Counted from the stretch's first letter, positions 9,147 through 19,702 are shown. The stretch is DNA of 48,494 nucleotides from Methanosarcinales archaeon (GCA_004211975.1 RXIK01000115.1:1-48494), one strand, 5' to 3'. Numbers and translations: made by a program. The notes: a model not told the origin generated them from the letters alone.

Positions 9147-10445
9147 TTACAGCCGGATGATCCGCGACGGGTTCTCAAGACTGAGCATAACAAGAAGATA
9201 ATCCTTAAGATGCCTTGTTATCAGGAAATTGTTTCTGACATGCTCTCGCCCGTTCTCCCCAAGTTTTCGGGCGAGTTCCGGATCCTTCAGGAGATTTGCG
9301 ATCTTGTATGCTGCACCCTCAACTGAGTGCACAAGGTAACCTGTGACGCCGTTGATGACCTGCAAGGGGATTCCGCCGGTTGCTCCGCCGATCACGGGCT
9401 TTCCCTTCCATAGCCCCTCGGAGACCACAAGCCCGAATCCTTCTTTCAGCGATTTCTGCATGATTACGGTGGACGCACGCTGAAACGCGTTGATATCGAT
9501 GTCAGAGAATGGCGGTGATCCGAGTAGCAGGTGGATGTCATCCTCGCCTTCTGCTTTCTTTAAGACTTCCTGGTAGACCTCCATTCCCTCCGGGTCGTCT
9601 GCTGCAACGCCTCCCGCGAGTATTAGCTGACAGTCTATCCGCTTTTTCACCAGTTTGTATGCATCAATAACTCCGGGAAGGTCTTTTAATCGGTCAAACC
9701 GTGATATTTGCGTTATGATCGGTTTATCGGTGACAATCTCGTATTTATCAAGGACTGTATCGATCTCGCCCTGTGTAAGCTCGATGTTCTTGTCGCTCAG
9801 CGGATCAATGGAAGGTGGCACAAGGAACTGCCTGATCCCGAGGTCAGGTCTTGAGAACAGCGGTGTTGAGAAGATCGATGCATCATATTTTGAGACAAAA
9901 TCCCTGAGAAAGTTCCAGACAAGCGGCTCAGGGTTTGAAACGTCGATGTGGCATCTCCATATCCAGTGTCCCTTCTCTTTTGTGCGTATTAGTGCTGCTG
10001 GCTGGGGGTCGTGCATGAATACAAAGTCCCCGTCGTTGTTCATCTCACTGGCATTCACATCACTCCAGTGCATATAGGTCTCAAGCATCCGTTTCTTCGT
10101 GTTTAGATCCTTGATCTGCGCATCGAGATCATCCATCACGCTGACCTGCTCATGTGCCTGAACATCAACCGGACCGCCTACTCTACCGTGAAGCTGGTTG
10201 TGGAAGCTTTTTGTGACTGCAAAGAACTCATCGTCGCCCCGTATCAGGTTCCATTCCGTTTCAATGTCAAGCCCCTTAAACAGCGGGACCAACCTATTCA
10301 GAATCTCTGCCACGCCTCCGCCCGCGTAAGTGGAATTGACGTGCTGAACCTTGCCTGAGATGTTTCCTGCAAGCAGTTCAAGGTCCTCGAGAAGACCTCT
10401 TCCAACAATATCCTCATAATCCCAGACCGATCTCTTTTTGTTCAT
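9147..10445 (-). CDS. treT: Glycosyl-transferring trehalose synthase (GT4, TreT family)
   Basis: Motifs HVNSTYAGGGVAEIL, TKSFHN, HDPQP, WIWRCHID, PSIDPLSDKN, QISRFD, KSLKEGFGL. Confidence 0.9.
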   Translation of the reverse strand: MNKKRSVWDYEDIVGRGLLEDLELLAGNISGKVQHVNSTYAGGGVAEILNRLVPLFKGLDIETEWNLIRGDDEFFAVTKSFHNQLHGRVGGPVDVQAHEQVSVMDDLDAQIKDLNTKKRMLETYMHWSDVNASEMNNDGDFVFMHDPQPAALIRTKEKGHWIWRCHIDVSNPEPLVWNFLRDFVSKYDASIFSTPLFSRPDLGIRQFLVPPSIDPLSDKNIELTQGEIDTVLDKYEIVTDKPIITQISRFDRLKDLPGVIDAYKLVKKRIDCQLILAGGVAADDPEGMEVYQEVLKKAEGEDDIHLLLGSPPFSDIDINAFQRASTVIMQKSLKEGFGLVVSEGLWKGKPVIGGATGGIPLQVINGVTGYLVHSVEGAAYKIANLLKDPELARKLGENGREHVRNNFLITRHLKDYLLVMLSLENPSRIIRL

Positions 10446-11092
10446 AGCTGCTCCCAGAAATGTTTCTCGATGATCTTAACGATCTCGATTCTCATGGCAT
10501 TTATGTTTGCGAAACCATACGGGCAGATCGCATTCAGCTTCTCCATCAGCTCATAGCTGTTATTCTCAGTTACCCATCGTGAAAACGCTTTGTAATGCTC
10601 TCCACCAAGCATTCGGCTTGCAATAAAATAATAGAAGATTGAGTCAAGGTCAATAACTTTCAGGACCTCCAGCGCCTCACCGATATTTGATGCAAAATGC
10701 CTTGTTGGGAAGATGACGCTGATACTCTTGATGAAATGGAATTCCTGCCCGACTCCAGCCATGCCGCTCACGTCATTCATGTTAACATAGTCCTCGAGGA
10801 TATTCACAATCCTTGCCCTGAGCGCGTCCAGATCATGGATCTCGCGCAGGTCAGGGTCTGCAAGTCGCTCGGCAAGAGCAGGCTCGTGCAGCACGTCAGC
10901 GATCCAGTATGCAAAGTCGTTTGGATACTCCATCGGGAGAAAATGGTAATCCAGCAGCGCATGGTATATGTGGTGGAAGATCGAACTTTCATCCACGGTT
11001 TTCATGGCTGAAATCAACTCGGAAATATCTCGTGCGCTCTTTCCAGTAAGTTCGGATTGGTATCTTGCCTTATAGAATGTGAAATCTGACAT
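10442..11092 (-). CDS. DUF5752 (OrfY-like) protein, the usual TreT partner
   Basis: Duplicated SIFHH/SIFYY...NDFAYW/FSRW pattern. Overlaps the treT start by 4 nt. Confidence 0.8.
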   Translation of the reverse strand: MSDFTFYKARYQSELTGKSARDISELISAMKTVDESSIFHHIYHALLDYHFLPMEYPNDFAYWIADVLHEPALAERLADPDLREIHDLDALRARIVNILEDYVNMNDVSGMAGVGQEFHFIKSISVIFPTRHFASNIGEALEVLKVIDLDSIFYYFIASRMLGGEHYKAFSRWVTENNSYELMEKLNAICPYGFANINAMRIEIVKIIEKHFWEQL

Positions 11093-11100
11093 TTTGCCCC

Positions 11101-12456
11101 CTAATGTGTGAAGTCGGTCATAACATCATCGAATACATCTGTTATTAATTTTACACCTTCTTCTATATAACATTGTCTTGCAGTCTCATGTCCTCGCTCG
11201 CCCAGCTCTTCTGAATCAGCCGGGTTTTTAAGGATCGTGTTAATCTTCTCTGCAAGTTCTTCGTGGTTTCCCGACTCGAATCGGTACCCGTTCACGCCAT
11301 CCATCACCAGTTCGGAGACGCCCGCCCCGTCGCTCACGACCACCGGTTTCCGGTACATCCATGCCTCCAACACAACCAGACCAAATCCTTCTTTGCGGGA
11401 CGGGAAGACCAGCGCATCACAACGCTTGTACGCCGCTTTCACGATGTTATTCGGGATATATCCGGTGAATATAACTCGGTCTGCCACTCCAAAGTCTCTC
11501 GCAAGCTTTTTTAAGTATGTACCCCACATCGTCGCCTTTGGATGTGCCAAACCGCCTCGATCGCTACTTGTGAAGCTACCATTTCCTATAAGTATCAACT
11601 TTGCATCAGCAATCTGTGAGAGTGCTTTGATCGCAACATCCTGACCTTTTATTTGATCCATCCGGGCTACAATCACGAGGAGCTTGTCATCATCTGTTAT
11701 CCCAAAACGGTCGCAAAACTCGTCAAACTCCCTGTCTGATGGCTCGGTCCACTCGTACTGGTTGATATAGGGGTATGCCTGATATGCTCTGCCATTGTAT
11801 CCTGCTCGTATCAAACCCTCAAGATCGCGCCTGCAACTGACGATGACCCCGTCAAACGACTCGATGCACCGGACAATGAACCGCCTGACATAGCTTGATG
11901 TGTTGTCCAGATCAAACGGGATGTGCCACCTGAAAACCGTTGGTGCAGCAAGCCCGAGCATGCCCCCGACAAGCAACTGCTGAAAATCATGGATATAGAA
12001 AATATCGATCGGTGACAGCTCAAACATCTTCTCCGCACAAAGCCAGTTATACCTTGCGTATGCAGAGAACTCAACCACACCAATCGGTTTTCGGTCGATA
12101 TTGTGAATATCCGCCCATATTCGCTCCTTAAATCGGGAATATGGCGCGACATACTTCTGCTCAAGCACGATGTTATGGATGAGTATATCATCAACAAGCA
12201 CGCGCTCAGGTCCCATCATGTTAAGTGATATCCAGTGCACACTCTCCACCAGATTCTTCTCAATCAACATCCTTTGCAGCGGGTAAACCATCTTCGGAAC
12301 CCCGCCCGGGGTAAACTCGTAATCTTCCCCCTCTTCAAGGCACGTAAACGGCACCGGATCAGGAAGCGAACCATATTTATCAAGTAACTCGCTGTACTGG
12401 AGTTTAAGCCTGATCAGCGGCGTTTGCGTAGCCAAACATACTTTTGGTTGGGTCAT
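11101..12456 (-). CDS. GT4 glycosyltransferase, TreT-related
   Basis: Motifs TPGGV, IHDFQQ, RWHIP, VARMDQIKGQD, PSRKEGFGLVVLEAW. Start taken at MTQPK. Confidence 0.85.
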   Translation of the reverse strand: MTQPKVCLATQTPLIRLKLQYSELLDKYGSLPDPVPFTCLEEGEDYEFTPGGVPKMVYPLQRMLIEKNLVESVHWISLNMMGPERVLVDDILIHNIVLEQKYVAPYSRFKERIWADIHNIDRKPIGVVEFSAYARYNWLCAEKMFELSPIDIFYIHDFQQLLVGGMLGLAAPTVFRWHIPFDLDNTSSYVRRFIVRCIESFDGVIVSCRRDLEGLIRAGYNGRAYQAYPYINQYEWTEPSDREFDEFCDRFGITDDDKLLVIVARMDQIKGQDVAIKALSQIADAKLILIGNGSFTSSDRGGLAHPKATMWGTYLKKLARDFGVADRVIFTGYIPNNIVKAAYKRCDALVFPSRKEGFGLVVLEAWMYRKPVVVSDGAGVSELVMDGVNGYRFESGNHEELAEKINTILKNPADSEELGERGHETARQCYIEEGVKLITDVFDDVMTDFTH

Positions 12457-12494
12457 GCTTTTCTCGTGAAAGTGTACATGCGCGATATACACAC

Positions 12495-12591
12495 GTCACG
12501 TATCACATATAATACCTGCCCATGCATGCATTACATACGTGACTCTCACACAAAACACCGCGAAGATCGATAAGGCATGGGAAGATCGATA
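12495..12591. promoter_or_regulatory. Divergent promoter region with inverted and direct repeats
   Basis: GTCACGTAT (12495-12503) and ATACGTGAC (12535-12543) flank a TATA-like ATATAATA. GAAGATCGATA is directly repeated at 12562 and 12581. Confidence 0.35.
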
Positions 12592-12648
12592 GAGTAATAA
12601 ACGACTAAAATGATATAGGATGTACGGTAGTACAGAGGGAGTCAACTC

Positions 12649-13695
12649 ATGAAAATTGCAATAGTAGCGCCACCATGGATCAAGATTCCTCCAGCGCGTT
12701 ATGGGGGTATAGAGGCGGTTATAGCTCTGCTCGCAGATGGACTCGCCAAAAGAGGGCATGACGTGACACTGTTCACAGTCCTTGAGTCTGTGTCAGATGC
12801 TCATGTCCGCCACTTCTTTGAACACGAACAGTGCAGCCTCCTGGCAGGACAGACATCAATATTTCTGAATGCCGCGATCACGCACTCGCTTGGATCATAT
12901 ATTGAGATCGCAGATCAGGGCAACTTTGATATAATACATGACAACACCTGGAAAGAGGGTCTGGCAAGTGCATTCTTCATAGACCTCCCGGTTGTGCACA
13001 CACTCCACAGCCCGCTTGACGAGTCAAATAAACATTTTTACGAGCTGTTTGTTGGCAGAAAAGATATTCATTTCACAACGATCAGCGACTTCCAGCAGAC
13101 CGTCCTGCCAGGTCTTAACTATGCCGGAACCGTCTATAACTCGATCGAAATAGAGAGTTACCCATATTCTGAGGAGAAAGAGGACTACCTGTTGTACTTA
13201 AGCAGATTCAACCATGAGAAAGCACCACACATCGCATGCGAGGCTGCGAAACGTCTTGGAATGCGACTGATTCTGGCAGGTAAGGTATCAGAGCCTGACG
13301 AACACGAATACTTTGATACAATGATAAAGCCGTATCTGAACGATAAGATCAAGTACGCCGGCGAAGTCAGCGATAAGGAAAAAAAGAGTTTGTTTGCGGG
13401 TGCAACTGCTTTTGTCTACCCGCTCCAGTGGGAAGAGCCGTTCGGGATTGTTATGATCGAGGCAATGGCATGCGGCACACCCGTCGTAACCTATAAACGT
13501 GGCGCTGCACCTGAACTGGTTGAAAACGGAGTGAACGGCTATCTAGCAGATGATTTTGAGGATCTTCTTGATTGTATCGGGAAAGTGCAGGATATCAAGT
13601 CTAAACAATGCCGGGAATACGTGGAGAAACATTTCAGCGTGGATGCAATGGTTAATGGCTATGAGCAAGTCTACAGGCAGATTCTAAAAGGTTAA
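12649..13695 (+). CDS. GT4 glycosyltransferase
   Basis: Motifs MKIAIVAPPWIKIPPARYGGIE, VHTLH, WEEPFGIVMIEAMACGTPV. Confidence 0.9.
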   Translation: MKIAIVAPPWIKIPPARYGGIEAVIALLADGLAKRGHDVTLFTVLESVSDAHVRHFFEHEQCSLLAGQTSIFLNAAITHSLGSYIEIADQGNFDIIHDNTWKEGLASAFFIDLPVVHTLHSPLDESNKHFYELFVGRKDIHFTTISDFQQTVLPGLNYAGTVYNSIEIESYPYSEEKEDYLLYLSRFNHEKAPHIACEAAKRLGMRLILAGKVSEPDEHEYFDTMIKPYLNDKIKYAGEVSDKEKKSLFAGATAFVYPLQWEEPFGIVMIEAMACGTPVVTYKRGAAPELVENGVNGYLADDFEDLLDCIGKVQDIKSKQCREYVEKHFSVDAMVNGYEQVYRQILKG

Positions 13696-13708
13696 GGAGA
13701 GGTGAACA

Positions 13709-16063
13709 ATGGTATCAGACGATGAATGGCTAATTCAGGAACGTGGTTTTAATCCTGACCGACAAGCCAAATATGAATCTGTTTTTTCGTTTGGAAACGG
13801 TTATATGGGTAGCCGCGCTGTCCTTGAAGAGCTGCCCGCCGGCAGCAGTCAGGGAACATACGTCGCAGGGATCTTTGATAAATCAGAGGCTGAAACAGTT
13901 GAGATCGTGAATCTACCGGATCCCGTGGGTCTTCGGCTATATGCAGACGGAGAACCGATCGCAATAGATCAGATGGACGTGACCGGGTACGATCGCACCC
14001 TCGACATAAGATGCGGAACGCTTGCCCGCAGAACCAGCTATCAATCAAAGAAGGGCGGGCTATATGAGTATGAGTATTGGTCGCTTCGTGCATTCAGTGC
14101 GGCTGATGAGCACATCATGCTGATGCGAGTTTATTTCATCGCTGTGGACTCAGACGTTGATATCCTCGTGGAAAACAGCATTGATGGATCAACGCTGAAC
14201 ATAAGGAAGGAAATGGGCACCAGGATTGCGCACTACAGCGTTGTGGAAGCTGACCATGCAGACGATGTCGGTTGTCTGGTTGCAAAATTAAATGATTCCG
14301 GACGCAGTGTTGCTTATGCGGCAAATCTCTCGATAGGGACTGGCAGCAATGATAACGAGGTGGTTGACGGCGTTGTTCGCACATCTGAGTTTGCCGACGG
14401 AAAACTAACCGAAAGCGTGCGATTTAAAGCCCGCAAAGGAACGCTCTACACCTTCAAAAAGATCGTCTCAATATATACCTCACGCGACGTTCCGCCGGGA
14501 GATACCCGCAATATCCGTGATGTGGCGGTTGATGCCCTGAAACAGAGTCTGAAAACAGGCTTTGACAGAATGCTTACAGCACACACAGATGCCCGGGATA
14601 AAATGTGGTCTATGTCAGATATTGTGATTGACGGCGATCCCGATGCAACAAAAGCATTACGGTTCAACCTGCATCATCTGATGATGGCAGGCAGCAGATC
14701 CGATGATCAGGTCAGCATAGCACCCAAAGCACTGACCAGTAGCTGGTACAACGGGCATTTCTTCTGGGACACCGAGCTTTTCGTGCTCCCCTTCTTTACA
14801 TTCACCTATCCTGCTATTGCAAGAAATCTGCTGATGTACCGGTATCACCGGCTGGATGAAGCCCGGAAAAATGCAAGAAAACAGAATCTATCCGGCGCAC
14901 TCTTTCCATGGGAGTCAGCAGAGACTGGAGAAGAGGTCACTCCAAAAACATGGGTGAATCCGGAAGGAACAATCATCGACGTGCATACAATGGAGCGTGA
15001 GCACCATATCACAGGCGACGTCGCGTATGCCGTGTACCAGTACTACAGGGCAACGGCTGATACCGAGTTCCTGCTGGATTATGGAGCTGAGATCATCCTC
15101 GAAACCGCTCGGTTCTGGGCGGGCAGGGTAACATATAACAATACTTCCGGAAAATACGATATAAAAGACGTGATCGGTCCAAACGAGTATCAGGAGTGCG
15201 TTGATAACAATGCATACACCAATTACCTTGCCAGATGGAATCTGCGGTGTGGCATCATGCTGTACACCGAAATTCTCAAGAGGTATCCTGACAAACGAAC
15301 AATCCTCTGCGAAAAAATTGGTCTGAAGCAGTTGGAGATCGATGAATGGCGGAAGATCGCAGACAACATCGAATTTACAGTTCTCGATAACGGGATGATC
15401 GAGGAGTTCTCAGGATACTTTGAAAAGCTTAATGTGACGATTGAGAAGTGGAACGAACGCGGAATGCCAATATTTCCGGATGCAGTGCCGCTTGAGCGCG
15501 CGCACGAGTCGCAACTGGTGAAACAGGCAGATGTAGTACTGTTGCTGCACCTATTTAACGAAGACTTCACGCATAACGTGAAAACAGTGAACCTGGACTA
15601 TTATGACCACAGGACTACTCATGAGTCCTCGCTCAGCCCAAGCATATACACGATCCTGTGCACGGAAGCCGGAGAGGTGGATCGGGCATATAAATACCTC
15701 AAACACTCATTATACGGTGATCTTTCTGACAACTATGGCAATGTGAAGCACGGCATTCATGCAGCCTCGCTCGGAGGCGTCTGGCAGGCAGTGGTCTTCG
15801 GGTTTGCCGGCGTACGTATGAAAAGTGGCAATGGTAAAACCAGCGAAATACTCGCTGTGAACCCGAGATTACCGGAAAACTGGACGCATCTTCAGTTTAA
15901 CCTGTGCTGGCAGGGGTTCAAGCTCGAACTTGACATATCAGCAGGCAACGTGGGCATATTCTTTGAATCAGCAGGTGATGGCGTCACGGTTCCCGTTGAC
16001 ATAGAGGGCGTGTCGTACGAGATCCCCGGAAACAAGAGGACGGTGATAACGTATGGCGATTGA
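13709..16063 (+). CDS. GH65 glycoside phosphorylase (trehalose/kojibiose/maltose phosphorylase family)
   Basis: Motifs GNGYMGSR, YNGHFFWDTE, GALFPWES, EHHITGD, catalytic GPNEY, KQAD, HESSLS. Confidence 0.9.
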   Translation: MVSDDEWLIQERGFNPDRQAKYESVFSFGNGYMGSRAVLEELPAGSSQGTYVAGIFDKSEAETVEIVNLPDPVGLRLYADGEPIAIDQMDVTGYDRTLDIRCGTLARRTSYQSKKGGLYEYEYWSLRAFSAADEHIMLMRVYFIAVDSDVDILVENSIDGSTLNIRKEMGTRIAHYSVVEADHADDVGCLVAKLNDSGRSVAYAANLSIGTGSNDNEVVDGVVRTSEFADGKLTESVRFKARKGTLYTFKKIVSIYTSRDVPPGDTRNIRDVAVDALKQSLKTGFDRMLTAHTDARDKMWSMSDIVIDGDPDATKALRFNLHHLMMAGSRSDDQVSIAPKALTSSWYNGHFFWDTELFVLPFFTFTYPAIARNLLMYRYHRLDEARKNARKQNLSGALFPWESAETGEEVTPKTWVNPEGTIIDVHTMEREHHITGDVAYAVYQYYRATADTEFLLDYGAEIILETARFWAGRVTYNNTSGKYDIKDVIGPNEYQECVDNNAYTNYLARWNLRCGIMLYTEILKRYPDKRTILCEKIGLKQLEIDEWRKIADNIEFTVLDNGMIEEFSGYFEKLNVTIEKWNERGMPIFPDAVPLERAHESQLVKQADVVLLLHLFNEDFTHNVKTVNLDYYDHRTTHESSLSPSIYTILCTEAGEVDRAYKYLKHSLYGDLSDNYGNVKHGIHAASLGGVWQAVVFGFAGVRMKSGNGKTSEILAVNPRLPENWTHLQFNLCWQGFKLELDISAGNVGIFFESAGDGVTVPVDIEGVSYEIPGNKRTVITYGD

Positions 16064-16826
16064 TTTTGAAAGCGAGGTTGGTTTTATCTGGGATGTTGAT
16101 GGAGTCATCGTCGACAGCCCCCATGAAATGGCATGGCGGCTCACCGTGGAGATGGCGCCGTGGAGTGTTGATGTGGGTAGGCTTGATTCAGGATTCTACC
16201 ATGATCATGTCTCCGGGCGACCCAGATATGAGGGCGGAAACGAGATTCTTGATCGTTTAGGGGTGTATGAGCGGCTCGGCGCAGAAACAGACGATGCGAA
16301 AGAGGAGATGCTTGAACAATACTGCACCCGCAAGAACAAACTGTTCACAGAACTGGTTGGCAAGGGCAAATTCAAGGTCTTTGAGACATCGGTTGCGATG
16401 ATCATTGAAGCGCATACCCGGGGGGTGTACCAGGCGATGGCATCAGCCTCAAAGAATGCAAAAAACCTGATCACCATGATAACCGGCGAACACATATCCG
16501 GAATACCTGATACGCTTTACTCACTCTTTGAAGTGGACGCATCAGGACTATCTGGAAAAAGCAAGCCAGAACTATTTGCGTTTGCGGCAAACAAGATGCA
16601 GGAGTTATCCGGTGGCAGGATCAAGCATTACATCGTGTTTGAGGATGCGCCGTCCGGGATAGAGGCTGGTAAAGAGAACGATATGTTTTGCGTTGGGATA
16701 CGGAGGATCGGGGATCGATCCACCCTCACCAGAGCTGGTGCGGATATCGTGGTCGATGATCTTGGTGAACTGAGTTATGATGCGCTGAGATCACAGTTTA
16801 TAGGGGCGAGACATCAGGCAGTATGA
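16053..16826 (+). CDS. pgmB: HAD-family beta-phosphoglucomutase-like protein
   Basis: Motifs WDVDGVIVDS, ASASKNA, KSKPELF, VFEDAPSGIEAG. Overlaps the GH65 gene. Confidence 0.75.
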   Translation: MAIDFESEVGFIWDVDGVIVDSPHEMAWRLTVEMAPWSVDVGRLDSGFYHDHVSGRPRYEGGNEILDRLGVYERLGAETDDAKEEMLEQYCTRKNKLFTELVGKGKFKVFETSVAMIIEAHTRGVYQAMASASKNAKNLITMITGEHISGIPDTLYSLFEVDASGLSGKSKPELFAFAANKMQELSGGRIKHYIVFEDAPSGIEAGKENDMFCVGIRRIGDRSTLTRAGADIVVDDLGELSYDALRSQFIGARHQAV

Positions 16827-17128
16827 GCGTCTCTGATCGTCCTGCATATCCCAAATATCCCATGAGCTGGTTAATCACTTAGTTACCCGAGGGCACCCAT
16901 ATAGCGCGACCACGCGTATGTTGTCTGGCAGATTCGCCCGCATGGGCGGGTGGGATGTATGGCGCACCCCCATTTTTCGCATGAACAAAACATATCTCCA
17001 ATCTTTTCCGGTCCAGATAGGCATCACCGCCACCCGTCACCACCACCGAAACAAACGATACCTTGAAGCATAAGATACTTCAATACTGCACTACAAGGCA
17101 ATTGCAAAGACATGGAGTATGTAACCTG

Positions 17129-17407
17129 ATGAATCTGAAGATCCTGAATAAAACAGACACCGAACTGGAGATGGAGCTTGCAGGCGAAACGCACACCCTG
17201 TTGAACCTGCTAAAATCCACCCTTTTAGAAGATGATGCGGTTGAGATTGCGAGCTATGATATCAGGTATCTTGGCATCAGCGAACCGGTCATGTATGTGC
17301 GCACAAGCGGCGTAGATCCAATACAGGCGGTACGCAGCGCACTTGCTAAAGTGACTGCGATGTGTGATGAATTCAAGGCAGTGTTCCTTGAGCAAGCAAA
17401 CATCTGA
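17129..17407 (+). CDS. rpoL: DNA-directed RNA polymerase subunit L (Rpo11)
   Basis: MNLKIL...GETHTLLNLLKSTLLED..VEIASY; 92 aa. Confidence 0.9.
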   Translation: MNLKILNKTDTELEMELAGETHTLLNLLKSTLLEDDAVEIASYDIRYLGISEPVMYVRTSGVDPIQAVRSALAKVTAMCDEFKAVFLEQANI

Positions 17408-17449
17408 AACGAAGCATTTATCATGGTACATGCACCAGTGAGGAAATCG

Positions 17450-17794
17450 ATGAGTGAAAGCGAAATCCTTGAACGGATCAAACAAGCAGAATCCGATGCA
17501 AAAGCAATGCTTGCGCAGGCACACGAGGACACACGGAAGATAATCGCCGATGCCAGAGCAGAGGCGCGTGGAATCTCAAACAGTGCCGAAGAGCGCGCAA
17601 GAGATCATGCTGATCACCTGATGGATACTGAAAAAAATAGGATAGCTGAAGAGCGAAAAACAATCCTCCAAAAGGGGGAGGCTGATGCAAAAGCACTGAA
17701 GGATGTTGCATCAGGCAGGATCGACACAGCGGTTGATTTTTTACTTGCAGAATTTGAGAGGACGGTTCATGCTGAAGCCAAAGCAGATGAGTAG
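17450..17794 (+). CDS. ahaH: A1AO ATP synthase subunit H
   Basis: EILERIKQAE followed by an Ala/Glu/Arg coiled coil. First gene before subunit I. TATA-like TTTATCA lies about 30 nt upstream. Confidence 0.85.
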   Translation: MSESEILERIKQAESDAKAMLAQAHEDTRKIIADARAEARGISNSAEERARDHADHLMDTEKNRIAEERKTILQKGEADAKALKDVASGRIDTAVDFLLAEFERTVHAEAKADE

Positions 17795-19700
17795 GGTGCT
17801 GTTCGTTGGTCACAAGGATTATCTTGAACCGACCATAGAGGTCATGCACGACATGCATGTTGTGCATATCGAGGAATACAACGAAGAGGATTATTTCAGC
17901 ATCGGCAAACCACTTGCCGGCGCGGACCAGGACTCAAAAACGCTGCTTAAACTACGCTCAATAGCAAACTTCCTCGGCATCAAAAAAACATATCTTGAGC
18001 CAACCAGCGCCGAAAAAGTATCGTCAGAACTCGTTGGAAAACTCGATGAGCTTGATTCCGCGGTCTCGGAAAAACTGAAGAGAAAATCCGAGATTGAGTC
18101 AAATATAAAGGACACAGAGACAAACATACAAGAAATTAAAGTTTTTTCAGGAGTTCCTTTAAATTTCGATCTCTGCAGAGGGTATGAAACGCTTCACGTT
18201 TTTGCCGGCACAATCAAGAAAGATGCAGAGATCGAAGCTAACCTGAACCGGGTCACAACTGATTACCAGTTGTATGTCGGTGCCACAGGCACTATTGTGC
18301 TATTTGTTCCGGCTAAACACACTGACGAGGTCGCCGAACTGCTGAATGACGCGCTCTTCAATGAGGTTACTATACCAGCGATGTCTGGTGTGCCTGATGA
18401 ACTGCTTGGCGAACTTAAGACCCGGCGCGACATGTTTGTAAACGATCTTGAATCTCTCTCTTCTGAGATCGATTCGATGAAAGCACAGTATGAGGAGTTC
18501 ATTCTCACAAGCGAGGAACTGCTCTCCATCGAGACCCAGAAGAAGGAGGCACCACTATTCTTTGCAACATCCGAGCATGCGTTCATAGTCGACGGATGGG
18601 TTCCGGACGACGAGTTCGAGACACTGGAATCACGGGTCAAAGAAGCAACCGGCGACCGGGTTCATGTCACACTACACGAAGAATCAACTGACGGGGTTGC
18701 CGCTGACGACGCAGATATCCCGATTGAATACGACAACCCGAAGATCGTGAAGCCGTTTGAAGCGGTCATGAATCTCTATGCCCGTCCAAAATACCACGAG
18801 ATAGACCCAACTACATTTGTGTTTATAGCATTCCCGCTCTTCTATGGAATGATCCTTGGAGACATTGGGTATGCATTAATCTTACTTGGAATAGCTCTCT
18901 ATGGCAGATCCAAACTACATGGTGAAGGATGGAACTCACTATTCACCGTCCTGATCTACTGCAACATATCCACGCTCTTCTTCGGGATATTATATGCGGA
19001 ATTCCTCGGGTTTCCGCTGGCAGGGCTTCACGGGCATCCGGGATTGATTCCGGGATGGGAAACCATTGAACTCTTCTCCGGTCTGGGTGGTGAGCATATC
19101 ACATACCCAATCCACAGAACACACCTTGTAACCACCCTCCTGGTCGCGACCCTCTTAATCGGCGTGATACATATCAACACAGGGTTTATCCTTGGGTTCC
19201 GAAATGTGCTTACGAAACACGGAATGAAAGCGGCGATACTTGAAAAGGGCGGCTGGATGGTGCTGCAACTTGGCATATTCCTCCTCCTGTTCGGGATGAT
19301 GGATATTGTGCCAGGCATGTTGCCCGGTGCAGCCGTATTTGTGGTTGCGGTCATCATGCTGATTGCAGGAGAGGGCGGCACCGCAATAATTGAGATACCA
19401 TCCATCCTGAGTAACATCCTTTCGTACTCAAGGCTGCTTGCAGTCGGTCTATCATCAATCGGCATCGCGTCAGCAGTCAACATCATGGCAGGAATGATGT
19501 GGTCAAGCGGAGGTGTCTTCATAATCGTAGCAGTGCTCATATTCATACTTGGACATACGATCAATACCGCACTGAGCGTGATTGCCCCCGGACTTCATGC
19601 GCTCAGGCTGCAGTATGTGGAATTCTTCACCAAGTTCTATGACGGTGGGGGCAGAATATACGATCCATTCGGATATAACAGAACATACACAGAGGAATAA
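17769..19700 (+). CDS. ahaI: A1AO ATP synthase subunit I (a)
   Basis: MLKPKQMSR start. Motifs PKYHEIDPT, GMILGDIGY, LSYSRLLA, LHALRLQYVEFFTKFY. Confidence 0.95.
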   Translation: MLKPKQMSRVLFVGHKDYLEPTIEVMHDMHVVHIEEYNEEDYFSIGKPLAGADQDSKTLLKLRSIANFLGIKKTYLEPTSAEKVSSELVGKLDELDSAVSEKLKRKSEIESNIKDTETNIQEIKVFSGVPLNFDLCRGYETLHVFAGTIKKDAEIEANLNRVTTDYQLYVGATGTIVLFVPAKHTDEVAELLNDALFNEVTIPAMSGVPDELLGELKTRRDMFVNDLESLSSEIDSMKAQYEEFILTSEELLSIETQKKEAPLFFATSEHAFIVDGWVPDDEFETLESRVKEATGDRVHVTLHEESTDGVAADDADIPIEYDNPKIVKPFEAVMNLYARPKYHEIDPTTFVFIAFPLFYGMILGDIGYALILLGIALYGRSKLHGEGWNSLFTVLIYCNISTLFFGILYAEFLGFPLAGLHGHPGLIPGWETIELFSGLGGEHITYPIHRTHLVTTLLVATLLIGVIHINTGFILGFRNVLTKHGMKAAILEKGGWMVLQLGIFLLLFGMMDIVPGMLPGAAVFVVAVIMLIAGEGGTAIIEIPSILSNILSYSRLLAVGLSSIGIASAVNIMAGMMWSSGGVFIIVAVLIFILGHTINTALSVIAPGLHALRLQYVEFFTKFYDGGGRIYDPFGYNRTYTEE

Positions 19701-19702
19701 TA

